A DNA stretch of 64,000 bases from Mustelus asterias (Eukaryota): positions 62,001-126,000 of the forward strand of contig NW_027590783.1 in NCBI RefSeq assembly GCF_964213995.1, read 5' to 3'. Each line of letters opens with the position of its first letter. Position 1 is the first letter of the stretch. The notes below the pieces were generated by a model. That model ran no database searches. It was not told the origin of the DNA and saw only the letters and a program-made list of their open reading frames with translations. This document shows positions 1-10,084 of this stretch, one piece after another. Both the position numbers and the translations under genes were made by a program.

Positions 1-99
1 ACCCTCCAAACCTCCCACTTCACCAACTGTCAGAATGAACATGGTTCAGTCCTGGATGTGATTAACAGCGGCAATAACAGCAGAATCCAACCCCTGTCA

Positions 100-858
100 T
101 CATTTGTGAACTCGCTGGTGTCTCTGCAAGTTGCATAACAATGTGAATCCCTTCCCACACATGGAGCAGGTGAACGGTCTCTCCCCGGTGTGAACTCGCT
201 GGTGTTTCATCACGGTTGCTGAATGTTTGAATCCCCTTCCACACACAGAGCAGTTGAATGGCTTCTTCTCAGTGTGAACTCGCTGGTGTGTCAGCAGGTT
301 TGATGAATCACTGAATCCTCTCTCACACTCAGAGCAGGTGAATGGCTTTTCCCCTCTGTGGACCCGCTGGTGTGTTAGCAAGTGGGATGACTGAATGAAT
401 CCCTTTCCACAGTCAGAGCAATTGAACGGTCTCTCTCCGGTGTGAACTCGCTGGTGTGTCAGTCGTGTGGATGAATTACTGAATACTTTTCCACAAACAG
501 GGCAGGTGAATGGCTTCTCCCCAGTGTGAACTCGCTGGTGTGCCAGCAAATGGGATGATTGAATGAATCCCTTCCCACAGTCAGAGCAGGTGAATGGTCT
601 CTCCCCACTGTGAATTCGCTGGTGTCTCCGCAGTGTGGGTAAATCACTGAATCCCTTCCCACACTCAGAACAGGTGAACGGCCTCTCCCCGGTGTGAACT
701 CGCTGGTGTGTAAGCAGAAGAGAGAATTGACTAAATCCCTTCCCACACTGAGAGCAGGTGAATGGTCTCTCCCCGGTGTGACTGCGTCGATGAGTTTCCA
801 GCTTTGATGGGTAATTGAATCCCTTCCCACAGTCCCCACATTTCCACCGTTTCTCCAT
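100..858 (-). CDS. C2H2 (Kruppel-type) multi-zinc-finger protein, 9 tandem fingers, no KRAB/SCAN domain visible
   Basis: 252-aa ORF with nine C-x2-C-x12-H-x3-H fingers joined by TGERPF/TGEKPF-type linkers. A candidate splice acceptor (ccttttacag, minus strand) at 1214-1223 opens the terminal exon. A frameshifted relic finger lies just upstream of the ATG (~860-950). Confidence 0.93.
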   Translation of the reverse strand: MEKRWKCGDCGKGFNYPSKLETHRRSHTGERPFTCSQCGKGFSQFSLLLTHQRVHTGERPFTCSECGKGFSDLPTLRRHQRIHSGERPFTCSDCGKGFIQSSHLLAHQRVHTGEKPFTCPVCGKVFSNSSTRLTHQRVHTGERPFNCSDCGKGFIQSSHLLTHQRVHRGEKPFTCSECERGFSDSSNLLTHQRVHTEKKPFNCSVCGRGFKHSATVMKHQRVHTGERPFTCSMCGKGFTLLCNLQRHQRVHK

Positions 859-1854
859 GGTGCAGGTGCCCTTGTGACTCTGCTCGTTTCACGATCTGCT
901 GAAGACTCGTCCACACACACAACACAATTAATTTCTCTCCCTGATGTGAATGATGCAATGTTTTTTCAGACTGTGTTAAAGCTCTTTCCACAGTCCGTGC
1001 ACTGGAACACGCTCACTCAGGGGTGTGTGTGTTTCAGTGCTTTTCCAGGCACACTGATATTTAAGATCTCCTGAAAAAGACAGAACAGACAAAAATTTAT
1101 CCTTCTAAATTGAAAGACTGATGATATTCAGGTTCCGATAGAGTGAATTTGTGAGATCTTAGTGTGACATTTGGTTTGACATTTCTGCCTGAAAATCTTC
1201 ACCTTCTGATATCCTGTAAAAGGAGTTTACAAAATTCATCACTGTCAGTACAAGATAGAAATTCAGAACAGATAATTCTAGTTTCCATGGAACATTCTTT
1301 CCTCTCTCATTCCCCAAAAGCTGTAAATCTTCACCCCACACACTGTCCCTCCATTCTCACTCTGCTGTATCTAATATTCACCCTCCCAATTCTCCTGAAG
1401 GTGCTGATTGAGGCTGATTGACAGATCCATGCTCACTGCTTCCAGAACTAAGAGACTTTTACCAAGAGTCAGGATGGACTTGTGTGGCTGAAAGGACCCC
1501 TTTGCTGTAATGACTCTATTACTGGAAGTATAGAACATAGGTACAGTACAATATTAAAAGAGTATAAATAAGAATAAATTACTTCATTGCAGAACCATAA
1601 ATAATTTATCTAATCTGTGACAAAAATAATCATGAGATATATCTCTGTCCTATATTAATTTACTGTCCCCTTAAATGTCAGCCATCTCCTGGGGAAAGCA
1701 GCCCTTTAATTCTGAACATTAGGAAAGAGACCATCCTCTTAACCAGACAAATCAATGTGTCAAGCTGAGGGAGCAAAGAATGTCAATGTCTTTAAGAGAG
1801 AGAGAGAGACCTGGGCCAACCTTTCCAGAGTCTGCACACTTCCTGGATTCACTT

Positions 1855-2439
1855 CATAGAATCATAGAATCCTATAGTGTAGAAGAAGGCCATTCGGCCC
1901 ATCGAGTCTGCACCAACCACAATCCCACCCAGGCCCTATCCCCATACCCCTCTGCATTTACCCTAACTTGTCCCCCTGGCACTAAGGGTCAATTTAACAT
2001 GGCCAATCCACCTGACCCATGTGGTAAACCACTGTTATCTGTTGTGGTTAACCACTGTTAGTTAGTATTTATTATTACCTGTATATGTGGCACATCCCTG
2101 TCGGTTCCACCCAAGACTCCTCCCCCTGGTCCGGGTATTAAGGCAGTGGCTCCTCCCCCTAGCCTTTAGTACAGACCAGATCTCCGACAGGGATGGCTCC
2201 AAGTTCTTGCTAATATAAGCCTATTTGTCTTGCTTACAACTAGTCTTAACTTGATTGATAGTGCATCAACCCACACATCTTTTGGACTGTGGGAGGAAAC
2301 CGGAGCACCCGGAGGAAACCCACGCAGACATGGGGAGAACATGCAAACTCCACACAGACAGTGACCAAAACCAGGAATCGAACCTGAGTCCCTGACGTTG
2401 AGAGGCAGCAGTGCTAATCACTGTGCCACCATGCCACCC
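1855..2439 (-). mobile_element. HE1-type tRNA-derived V-SINE, interrupted by a solo LTR
   Basis: Minus strand reads GGGTGGCATGGTGGCACAGTG...TGTGTGGAGTTTGCA...GGGTTTCCTCCGGGTGCTCCGGTTTCCTCCCACAGTCCAAA... and ends in a (TTCTATGA)n CR1-like tail. Confidence 0.9.
2020..2268 (+). mobile_element. Solo LTR (~249 bp) of an LTR retrotransposon
   Basis: TG...CA termini and a perfect 5-bp TSD, ACCCA (2015-2019 and 2269-2273). TATA-like and polyA-like motifs inside. Removing it restores the SINE. Confidence 0.85.
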
Positions 2440-2440
2440 T

Positions 2441-2551
2441 AAAGTCGACTACACCTGGCATTCCCAGGAGGTCTCCTATTCAAGTACTGACCAGGCCTGA
2501 GTCTGCTTAGCTTCCGGGATCAGGCGTTTTCAGACTAGTATGGTTGGAGGC
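2441..2551 (-). pseudogene. 5S rRNA pseudogene / 5S-derived sequence
   Basis: Reverse complement matches 5S (GCC...CCATAC...GAAGCTAAGCAG...GGCCTGGTCAGTACTTGAAT.GGAGACC.CCTGGGAATGCCAGGTG...TTT), with a ~10-nt internal deletion and several substitutions. Confidence 0.85.
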
Positions 2552-2575
2552 ATTGGCTGATTCTTTTCACTTCCT

Positions 2576-3062
2576 TGAGTCTGTCTGGAGCTCAATCTTC
2601 ATTCAGAGATAGAAGCAGCAGCAGCTTCGCTGGGCAGGAATGAGCAGCTGAACAAGCTCATTGTCCAGATTCCGCATTCAGACAATGGGGGGCTCTGATT
2701 GGCTGGAGGACCATGGAACTTCCGGTCCTCCAGAGTTTCCATTGGTTAATCCCCGCAGACAGACAATGAGGGGCGGAGCCCTACGTGGGGGTGGGCGGGA
2801 CTTTGTCCTCCAGCCGCGCTGAGCTGTTGTCCAATGGGAAAGGCTGGAAGAGCCGGACAGACAATGGTCAGTGCGCCGGCTCTGTCCCGGGCCCCGCCCC
2901 ACATCCGCACTCCCCCCAGAATCCGCACATGCGCACCTTTGATTCACGGCCCCTTACCAGCTCTGGCCAATAGGAAGTGTTGGAGGACCGGAAGGACTCT
3001 GGTCCCCAGCCATTGAAAGCGCGGGCCTTGTGTGAATGAAGATGGAGTTTCAGAGAGAGTCA
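2576..3062. promoter_or_regulatory. GC-rich, palindromic, probably bidirectional Pol II promoter
   Basis: CCAAT boxes on both strands (2698, 2741, 2831, 2967), CCGGAA ETS cores, GGGCGG GC boxes and a YY1-like AAGATGG (~3039). Inverted arms at 2697-2746/2966-3015 and 2576-2605/3033-3062. Confidence 0.65.
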
Positions 3063-3077
3063 AACTTTCTCCTGTCG

Positions 3078-6000
3078 GCCACATCTGTGAGTGGGAAAGA
3101 TTGGACTGTCCAGCCAGTCCACCATATTGGCCGTTCGCTTTGCGTGTTGGCCAGTATGGTGTGCTCCAGGCAGGGGGCGGGCAGAGGATAAGGAGTTCAA
3201 GGCGGGCTTAATGCGCGCCTTGCGGTGAGCTTTTGGAAATGTGGCCGCTGGGAGGAACGCCTTGGTCGGCGTGAAGTTTCTGTTTCAAGTGCTTGGGTTC
3301 GTGACTTGTGCAAGAACTTTTTGTTTCGGCTGGGGCTTGTTGAATGCTGCTCTCGCTGGGATTCCTGTGCCTTGAAAGGCGTGGCCCAGGTAGATGCAAT
3401 CTCGGAAGACCCAAGCCAGGGAGGAGCCATTTGGGAACTATGGTTTCGGAAGGTTCAGCCGCGGAAGGTGTGACCCCAGACGGTGCAGCCCCAGTGGGTG
3501 TGATTTTGGAAGTTCTGGCCCGGAGTGGTGGACTTTGGAGGACTGTAGTTGAGCGTTGTCGACTTCGGACGGTGGAATGTTGATGGGCGAAGCTCTGGAA
3601 GGCGATGCCTCCAAAATGTTTCACAATTGTATGGTTGTTCATGGATTGTTTGTTATTGTAATATGTGGTTTTCCTGTTATGATAGTTGGTGGTTTGTTCT
3701 GGCCCCCGTCTATTTTCTTGCGTTATTTGTGGCCTGGGGGGCATCCCCCCCTGGATGGAGTCACCCCCGGGGGGTGTCACATCCACTTGGGGAAAGTTCT
3801 GGGTGGTGAAGCCCCGGACATAGTAACACCAGAGGGATTTTTATTCTCCGGGAGAAAAATTGGGAAGGCAGGCCCGAACTGAGTACCCTGGAGAGACTCT
3901 CCCACCGCCCCGGCTGAAATTCCGGAAGGCAGTCCGGATTGAGTAGGCGGGGTGGTTTCCCCCATTTCCCCCCTCCGGCTGAACATCCGTAAGGTGTAAC
4001 CCCCGGATATGAGTACCACTGGAGGGTTGCATCCCCCGGCAGGTGGACAAACCCAGGGGACGGTGCCCTTATGCTTCAGTGTTTATTTTTTTGTTGTGTA
4101 CAGTTGTAGTGTTGTTAATGTTTGTAGATTTGTAGATTATGATTTGTAAATGGAGGTGTATTTTGAGGGCAATGCCCTGGAAAACTGTAATTGACGATGA
4201 ACCCTTCCGAAATGGAAGGTAGTAATTGATAAATGGATGGTGTTAGCCATCGGTAATGTATTTTTCATGAATTGTTTGTTATTGTAATATGTGGTTTTCC
4301 TGTTATGATAGTTGGTGGTTTGTTCCGGCCCCCGTCTATTTTCTTGCGTTACTTGTGGCCTGGGGGGGCATCCCCCCCTGGATAAAGTCACCCCCGGGGG
4401 GTGTGACATCCACTTGGGGAAAGTTCTGGGTGGTGAAGCCCCGGACATAGTAACACCAGAGGGATTTTTATTCTCCGGGAGAAAAATTGGGAAGGCAGGC
4501 CCGAACTGAGTACCCTGGAGAGACTCTCCCACCGCCCCGGCTGAAATTCCGGAAGGGATTCCGGATTGAGTAGGCGGGGTGGTTTCCCCCATTTCCCCCC
4601 TCCGACTGAACATCCGTAAGGTGTAACCCCCGGATATGAGTACCACTGGAGGGTTGCATCCCCCGGCAGGTGGACAAACCCAGGGGACGGTGCCCTTATG
4701 CTTCAGTGTTTATTTTTTGTTGTGTACAGTTGTAGTGTTGTGTTCATGTTTGTAGATTTGTAGATTATAATTTGTAAATAGAGGTGTATTTTGAGGGCAG
4801 TGCCCTGGAAAACTGTAATTGACGATGAACCCTTCCGAAATGGAAGGTAGTAACTGATAAATGGATGGCGTTAGCCATTGGTAATGTATTTTTTTCACAT
4901 TTGTTCTTTGTGTATTTGTAATTGTTTTGTATTAACGTATTTGTAATAAACAAAAAGAAAGCCACATCTGTGAGTGGGAAAGATTGGACTGTCCAGCCAG
5001 TCCACCATATTGGCCGTTCGCTTTGCGTGTTGGCCAGTATAGTGTGCTCCAGGCAGGGGGCGGGCAGAGGATAAGGAATTCAAGGCGGGCTTAATGCGCG
5101 CCTTGCGGTGAGCTTTTGGAAATGTGGCCGCTGGGAGGAACGCCTTGGACGGCGTGAAGTTTCTGTTTCAAGTGCTTGGGTTCGTGACTTGTGCAAGAAC
5201 TTTTTGTTTCGGCTGGGGCTTGTTGAATGCTGCTCTCGCTGGGATTCCTGTGCCTTGAAGGGCGTGGCCCAGGTAGATGCAGTCTCGGAAGACCCAAGCC
5301 AGGGAGGAGCCATTTGGGAACTATGGTTTCGGAAGGTTCAGCCGCGGAAGGTGTGACCCCAGACGGTGCAGCCCCAGTGGGTGTGATTTTGGAAGTTCTG
5401 GCCCGGAGTGGTGGACTTTGGAGGACTGTAGTTGAGCGTTGTCGACTTCGGACGGTGGAATGTTGATGGGCGAAGCTCTGGAAGGCGATGCCTCCGAAAT
5501 GTTTCACAATTGTATGGTTGTTCATGGATTGTTTGTTATTGTAATATGTGGTTTTCCTGTTATGATTGTTGGTGGTTCCGGCCCCCGTCTATTTTCTTGC
5601 GTTATTGTGGCCTGGGGGGCATCCCCCCCTGGATAAAGTCACCCCCGGGGGGTGTGACATCCACTTGGGAAAATGCTCTGGGTGGTGAAGCCCCGGACAT
5701 AGTAACACCAGAGGGATTTTTATTCTCCGGGAGAAAGATTGGGAAGGCAGGCCCGAACTGAGTACCCTGGAGAGACTCTCCCACCGCCCCGGCTGAAATT
5801 CCGGAAGGCAGTCCGGATTGAGTAGGCGGGGTGGTTTCCCCATTTCCCCCCTCCGGCTGAACATCCATAAGGTGTAACCCCCGGATATGAGTACCACTGG
5901 AGGGTTGCATCCCCCGGCAGGTGGACAAACCCAGGGGACGGTGCCCTTATGCTTCAGTGTTTATTTTTTTGTTGTGTACAGTTGTAGTGTTGTTAATGTT

Positions 6001-9000
6001 TGTAGATTTGTAGATTATGATTTGTAAATGGAGGTGTATTTTGAGGGCAATGCCCTGGAAAACTGTAATTGACGATGAACCCTTCCGAAATGGAAGGTAG
6101 TAATTGATAAATGGATGGTGTTAGCCATCGGTAATGTATTTTTCATGGATTGTTTGTTATTGTAATATGTGGTTTTCCTGTTATGATAGTTGGTGGTTTG
6201 TTCCGGCCCCCGTCTATTTTTTTGCGTTATTTGTGGCCTGGGGGGCATCCCCCCCTGGAAAAAGTCACCCCCGGGGGGTGTGACATCCACTTGGGGAAAG
6301 TTCTGGGTGGTGAAGCCCCGGACATAGTAACACCAGAGGGATTTTTATTCTCCGGGAGAAAAATTGGGAAGGCAGGCCCGAACTGAGTACCCTGGAGAGA
6401 CTCTCCCACCGCCCCGGCTGAAATTCCGGAAGGGATTCCGGATTGAGTAGGCGGGGTGGTTTCCCCCATTTCCCCCCTCCGGCTGAACATCCGTAAGGTG
6501 TAACCCCCGGATATGAGTACCACTGGAGGGTTGCATCCCCCGGCAGGTGGACAAACCCAGGGGACGGTGCCCTTATGCTTCAGTGTTTATTTTTTGTTGT
6601 GTACAGTTGTAGTGTTGTGTTAATGTTTGTAGATTTGTAGATTATGATTTGTAAATGGAGGTGTATTTTGAGGGCAATGCCCTGGAAAACTGTAATTGAC
6701 GATGAACCCTTCCGAAATGGAAGGTAGTAACTGATAAATGGATGGCGTTAGCCATTGGTAATGTATTTTTTTTCACATTTGTTCTTTGTGTATTTGTAAT
6801 TGTTTTGTATTAACGTATTTGTAATAAACAAAAAGAAAGCCACATCTGTGAGTGGGAAAGATTGGACTGTCCAGCCAGTCCACCATATTGGCCGTTCGCT
6901 TTGCGTGTTGGCCAGTATAGTGTGCTCCAGGCAGGGGGCGGGCAGAGGATAAGGAATTCAAGGCGGGCTTAATGCGCGCCTTGCGGTGAGCTTTTGGAAA
7001 TGTGGCCGCTGGGAGGAACGCCTTGGACGGCGTGAAGTTTCTGTTTCAAGTGCTTGGGTTCGTGACTTGTGCAAGAACTTTTTGTTTCGGCTGGGGCTTG
7101 TTGAATGCTGCTCTCGCTGGGATTCCTGTGCCTTGAAAGGCGTGGCCCAGGTAGATGCAATCTCGGAAGACCCAAGCCAGGGAGGAGCCATTTGGGAACT
7201 ATGGTTTCGGAAGGTTCAGCCGCGGAAGGTGTGACCCCAGACGGTGCAGCCCCAGTGGGTGTGATTTTGGAAGTTCTGGCCCGGAGTGGTGGACTTTGGA
7301 GGACTGTAGTTGAGCGTTGTCGACTTCGGACGGTGGAATGTTGATGGGCGAAGCTCTGGAAGGCGATGCCTCCGAAATGTTTCACAATTGTATGGTTGTT
7401 CATGGATTGTTTGTTATTGTAATATGTGGTTTTCCTGTTATGATAGTTGGTGGTTTGTTCCGGCCCCCGTCTATTTTTCTTGCGTTATTTGTGGCCTGGG
7501 GGGCATCCCCCCCTGGATGGAGTCACCCCCGGGGGGTGTGACATCCACTTGGGGAAAGTTCTGGGTGGTGAAGCCCCGGACATAGTAACACCAGAGGGAT
7601 TTTTATTCTCCGGGAGAAAAATTGGGAAGGCAGGCCCGAACTGAGTACCCTGGAGAGACTCTCCCACCGCCCCGGCTGAAATTCCGGAAGGCAGTCCGGA
7701 TTGAGTAGGCGGGGTGGTTTCCCCATTTCCCCCCTCCGGCTGAACATCCGTAAGGTGTAACCCCCGGATATGAGTACCACTGGAGGGTTGCATCCCCCGG
7801 CAGGTGGACAAACCCAGGGGACGGTGCCCTTATGCTTCAGTGTTTATTTTTTGTTGTGTCCAGTTGTAGTGTTGTGTTAATGTTTGTAGATTTGTAGATT
7901 ATGATTTGTAAATGGAGGTGTATTTTGAGGGCAATGCCCTGGAAAACTGTAATTGACGATGAACCCTTCCGAAATGGAAGGTAGTAACTGATAAATGGAT
8001 GGCGTTAGCCATTGGTAATGTATTTTTTTCACATTTGTTCTTTGTGTATTTGTAATTGTTTTGTATTAACGTATTTGTAATAAACAAAAAGAAATCCACA
8101 TCTGTGAGTGGGAAAGATTGGATTGTCCAGCCAGTCCGCCATATTGGCCGTTCGCTTTGCGTGTTGGCCAGTATAGTGTGCTCCAGGCAGGGGGCGGGCA
8201 GGCAGAGGATAAGGAGTTCAAGGCGGGCTTAATGCGCGCCTTGCGGTGAGCTTTTGGAAATGTGGCCGCTGGGAGGAACGCCTTGGTCGGCGTGAAGTTT
8301 CTGTTTCAAGTGCTTGGGTTCGTGACTTGTGCAAGAACTTTTTTGTTTCGGCTGGGGCTTGTTGAATGCTGCTCTCGCTGGGATTCCTGTGCCTTGAAAG
8401 GTGTGGCCCAGGTAGATGCAATCTCGGAAGACCCAAACCAGGGAGGAGCCATTTGGGAACTATGGTTTCGGAAGGTTCAGCCGCGGAAGGTGTGACCCCA
8501 GACGGTGCAGCCCCAGTGGGTGTGATTTTGGAAGATCTGGCCCGGAGTGGTGGACTTTGGAGGACTGTAGTTGAGCGTTGTCGACTTCGGACGGTGGAAT
8601 GTTGATGGGCGAAGCTCTGGAAGGCGATGCCTCCGAAATGTTTCACAATTGTATGGTTGTTCATGGATTGTTTGTTATTGTAATATGTGGTTTTCCTGTT
8701 ATGATAGTTGGTGGTTTGTTCCGGCCCCCGTCTATTTTCTTGCGTTATTTGTGGCCTGGGGGGCATCCCCCCCTGGATGGAGTCACCCCCGGGGGGTGTG
8801 ACATCCACTTGGGGAAAGTTCTGGGTGGTGAAGCCCCGGACATAGTAACACCAGAGGGATTTTTATTCTCCGGGAGAAAAATTGGGAAGGCAGGCCCGAA
8901 CTGAGTACCCTGGAGAGACTCTCCCACCACCCCGGCTGAAATTCCGGAAGGCAGTCCGGATTGAGTAGGCGGGGTGGTTTCCCCATTTCCCCCCTCCGGC

Positions 9001-9983
9001 TGAACATCCGTAAGGTGTAACCCCCGGATATGAGTACCACTGGAGGGTTGCATCCCCCGGCAGGTGGACAAACCCAGGGGACGGTGCCCTTATGCTTCAG
9101 TGTTTATTTTTTTGTTGTGTACAGTTGTAGTGTTGTGTTAATGTTTGTAGATTTGTAGATTATGATTTGTAAATGGAGGTGTATTTTGAGGGCAATGCCC
9201 TGGAAAACTGTAATTGACGATGAACCCTTCCGAAATGGAAGGTAGTAATTGATAAATGGATGGTGTTAGCCATCGGTAATGTATTTTTCATGGATTGTTT
9301 GTTATTGTAATATGTGGTTATTCTGTTATGGTAGTTGGTGGTTTGTTCTGGCCCCCGTCTATTTTCTTGCGTTATTTGTGGCCTGGGGGGCATCCCCCCC
9401 TGGATAAAGTCACCCCCGGGGGGTGTGACATCCACTTGGGGAAAGTTCTGGGTGGTGAAGCCCCGGACATAGTAACACCAGAGGGATTTTTATTCTCCGG
9501 GAGAAAAATTGGGAAGGCAGGCCCGAACTGAGTACCCTGGAGAGACTCTCCCACCGCCCCGGCTGAAATTCCGGAAGGGATTCCGGATTGAGTAGGCGGG
9601 GTGGTTTCCCCCATTTCCCCCCTCCGGCTGAACATCCGTAAGGTGTAACCCCCGGATATGAGTACCACTGGAGGGTTGCATCCCCCGGCAGGTGGACAAA
9701 CCCAGGGGACGGTGCCCTTATGCTTCAGTGTTTATTTTTTTTGTTGTGTACAGTTGTAGTGTTGTGTTAATGTTTGTAGATTTGTAGATTATGATTTGTA
9801 AATGGAGGTGTATTTTGAGGGCAATGCCCTGGAAAACTGTAATTGACGATGAACCCTTCCGAAATGGAAGGTGGTAACTGATAAATGGATGGCGTTAGCC
9901 ATTGGTAATGTATTTTTTCACATTTGTTCTTTGTGTATTTGTAATTGTTTTGTATTAACGTATTTGTAATAAACAAAAAGAAA
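3078..9983 (+). repeat. Tandem array of four near-identical non-coding units (3078-4960, 4961-6838, 6839-8094, 8095-9983); probable non-autonomous non-LTR retroelement copies
   Basis: Periods are 1883, 1878, 1256 and ~1888 bp. Each unit is a ~560-bp head, two copies (one in unit 3) of a ~626-bp sub-repeat, and a T/G-rich tail ending AATAAACAAAAAGAAA. Junction CCACATCTGTGAG precedes every unit and CCAACATCTGAGAG follows the last. Confidence 0.95.
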
Positions 9984-10000
9984 CCAACATCTGAGAGGTT

Positions 10001-10073
10001 GTTTCTGCAGTGAAGTGGTTGTCACATTTGCCTGACACGCGAAAGGTCCCCGGGTCAGAACCGGGCGGAAATG
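10001..10073 (+). pseudogene. tRNA-Val pseudogene (anticodon position reads GAC)
   Basis: Aligns to vertebrate tRNA-Val GTTTCCGTAGTGTAGTGGTTATCACG...CCGGGCGGAAACA, but the B box is mutated (GGTCAGA) and several stem pairs are broken. Confidence 0.8.
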
Positions 10074-10084
10074 TTAATTTGGTC

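Noticed and set aside
62-991. Overlapping alternative-frame ORFs on the zinc-finger gene
   Set aside because: They are shadow frames of the repetitive finger codons.
3905-4030. SECIS element call for the UGAA/UGAG hairpins
   Set aside because: The upper helices are only ~6-7 bp (SECIS needs ~11-14) and there is no selenoprotein ORF upstream. Kept only as an unassigned motif.
4190-4220. TTGACGA...GAAA resembling a hammerhead core in the sub-repeat
   Set aside because: It is not CUGANGA and has no stem II closing pair; the GAAA lies in the loop of a CTTCC/GGAAG hairpin.
3197-9976. Many 60-196-aa ORFs repeated across the tandem array
   Set aside because: No recognisable domain, and frames open and close with homopolymer indels between near-identical units, so there is no sign of coding constraint.
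3078-9983. CRISPR array or LTR-element reading of the tandem repeats
   Set aside because: Eukaryotic context with no short repeat/unique spacer pattern. The sub-repeats lack TG...CA ends, PBS and PPT.
10001-10073. Functional tRNA-Val(GAC), a rare eukaryotic isoacceptor
   Set aside because: The B box and stems are mutated, so the anticodon change is best explained by decay. The same applies to apparent Gly-CCC at 27187, Ile-TAT at 61257 and Arg-TCG at 57694.
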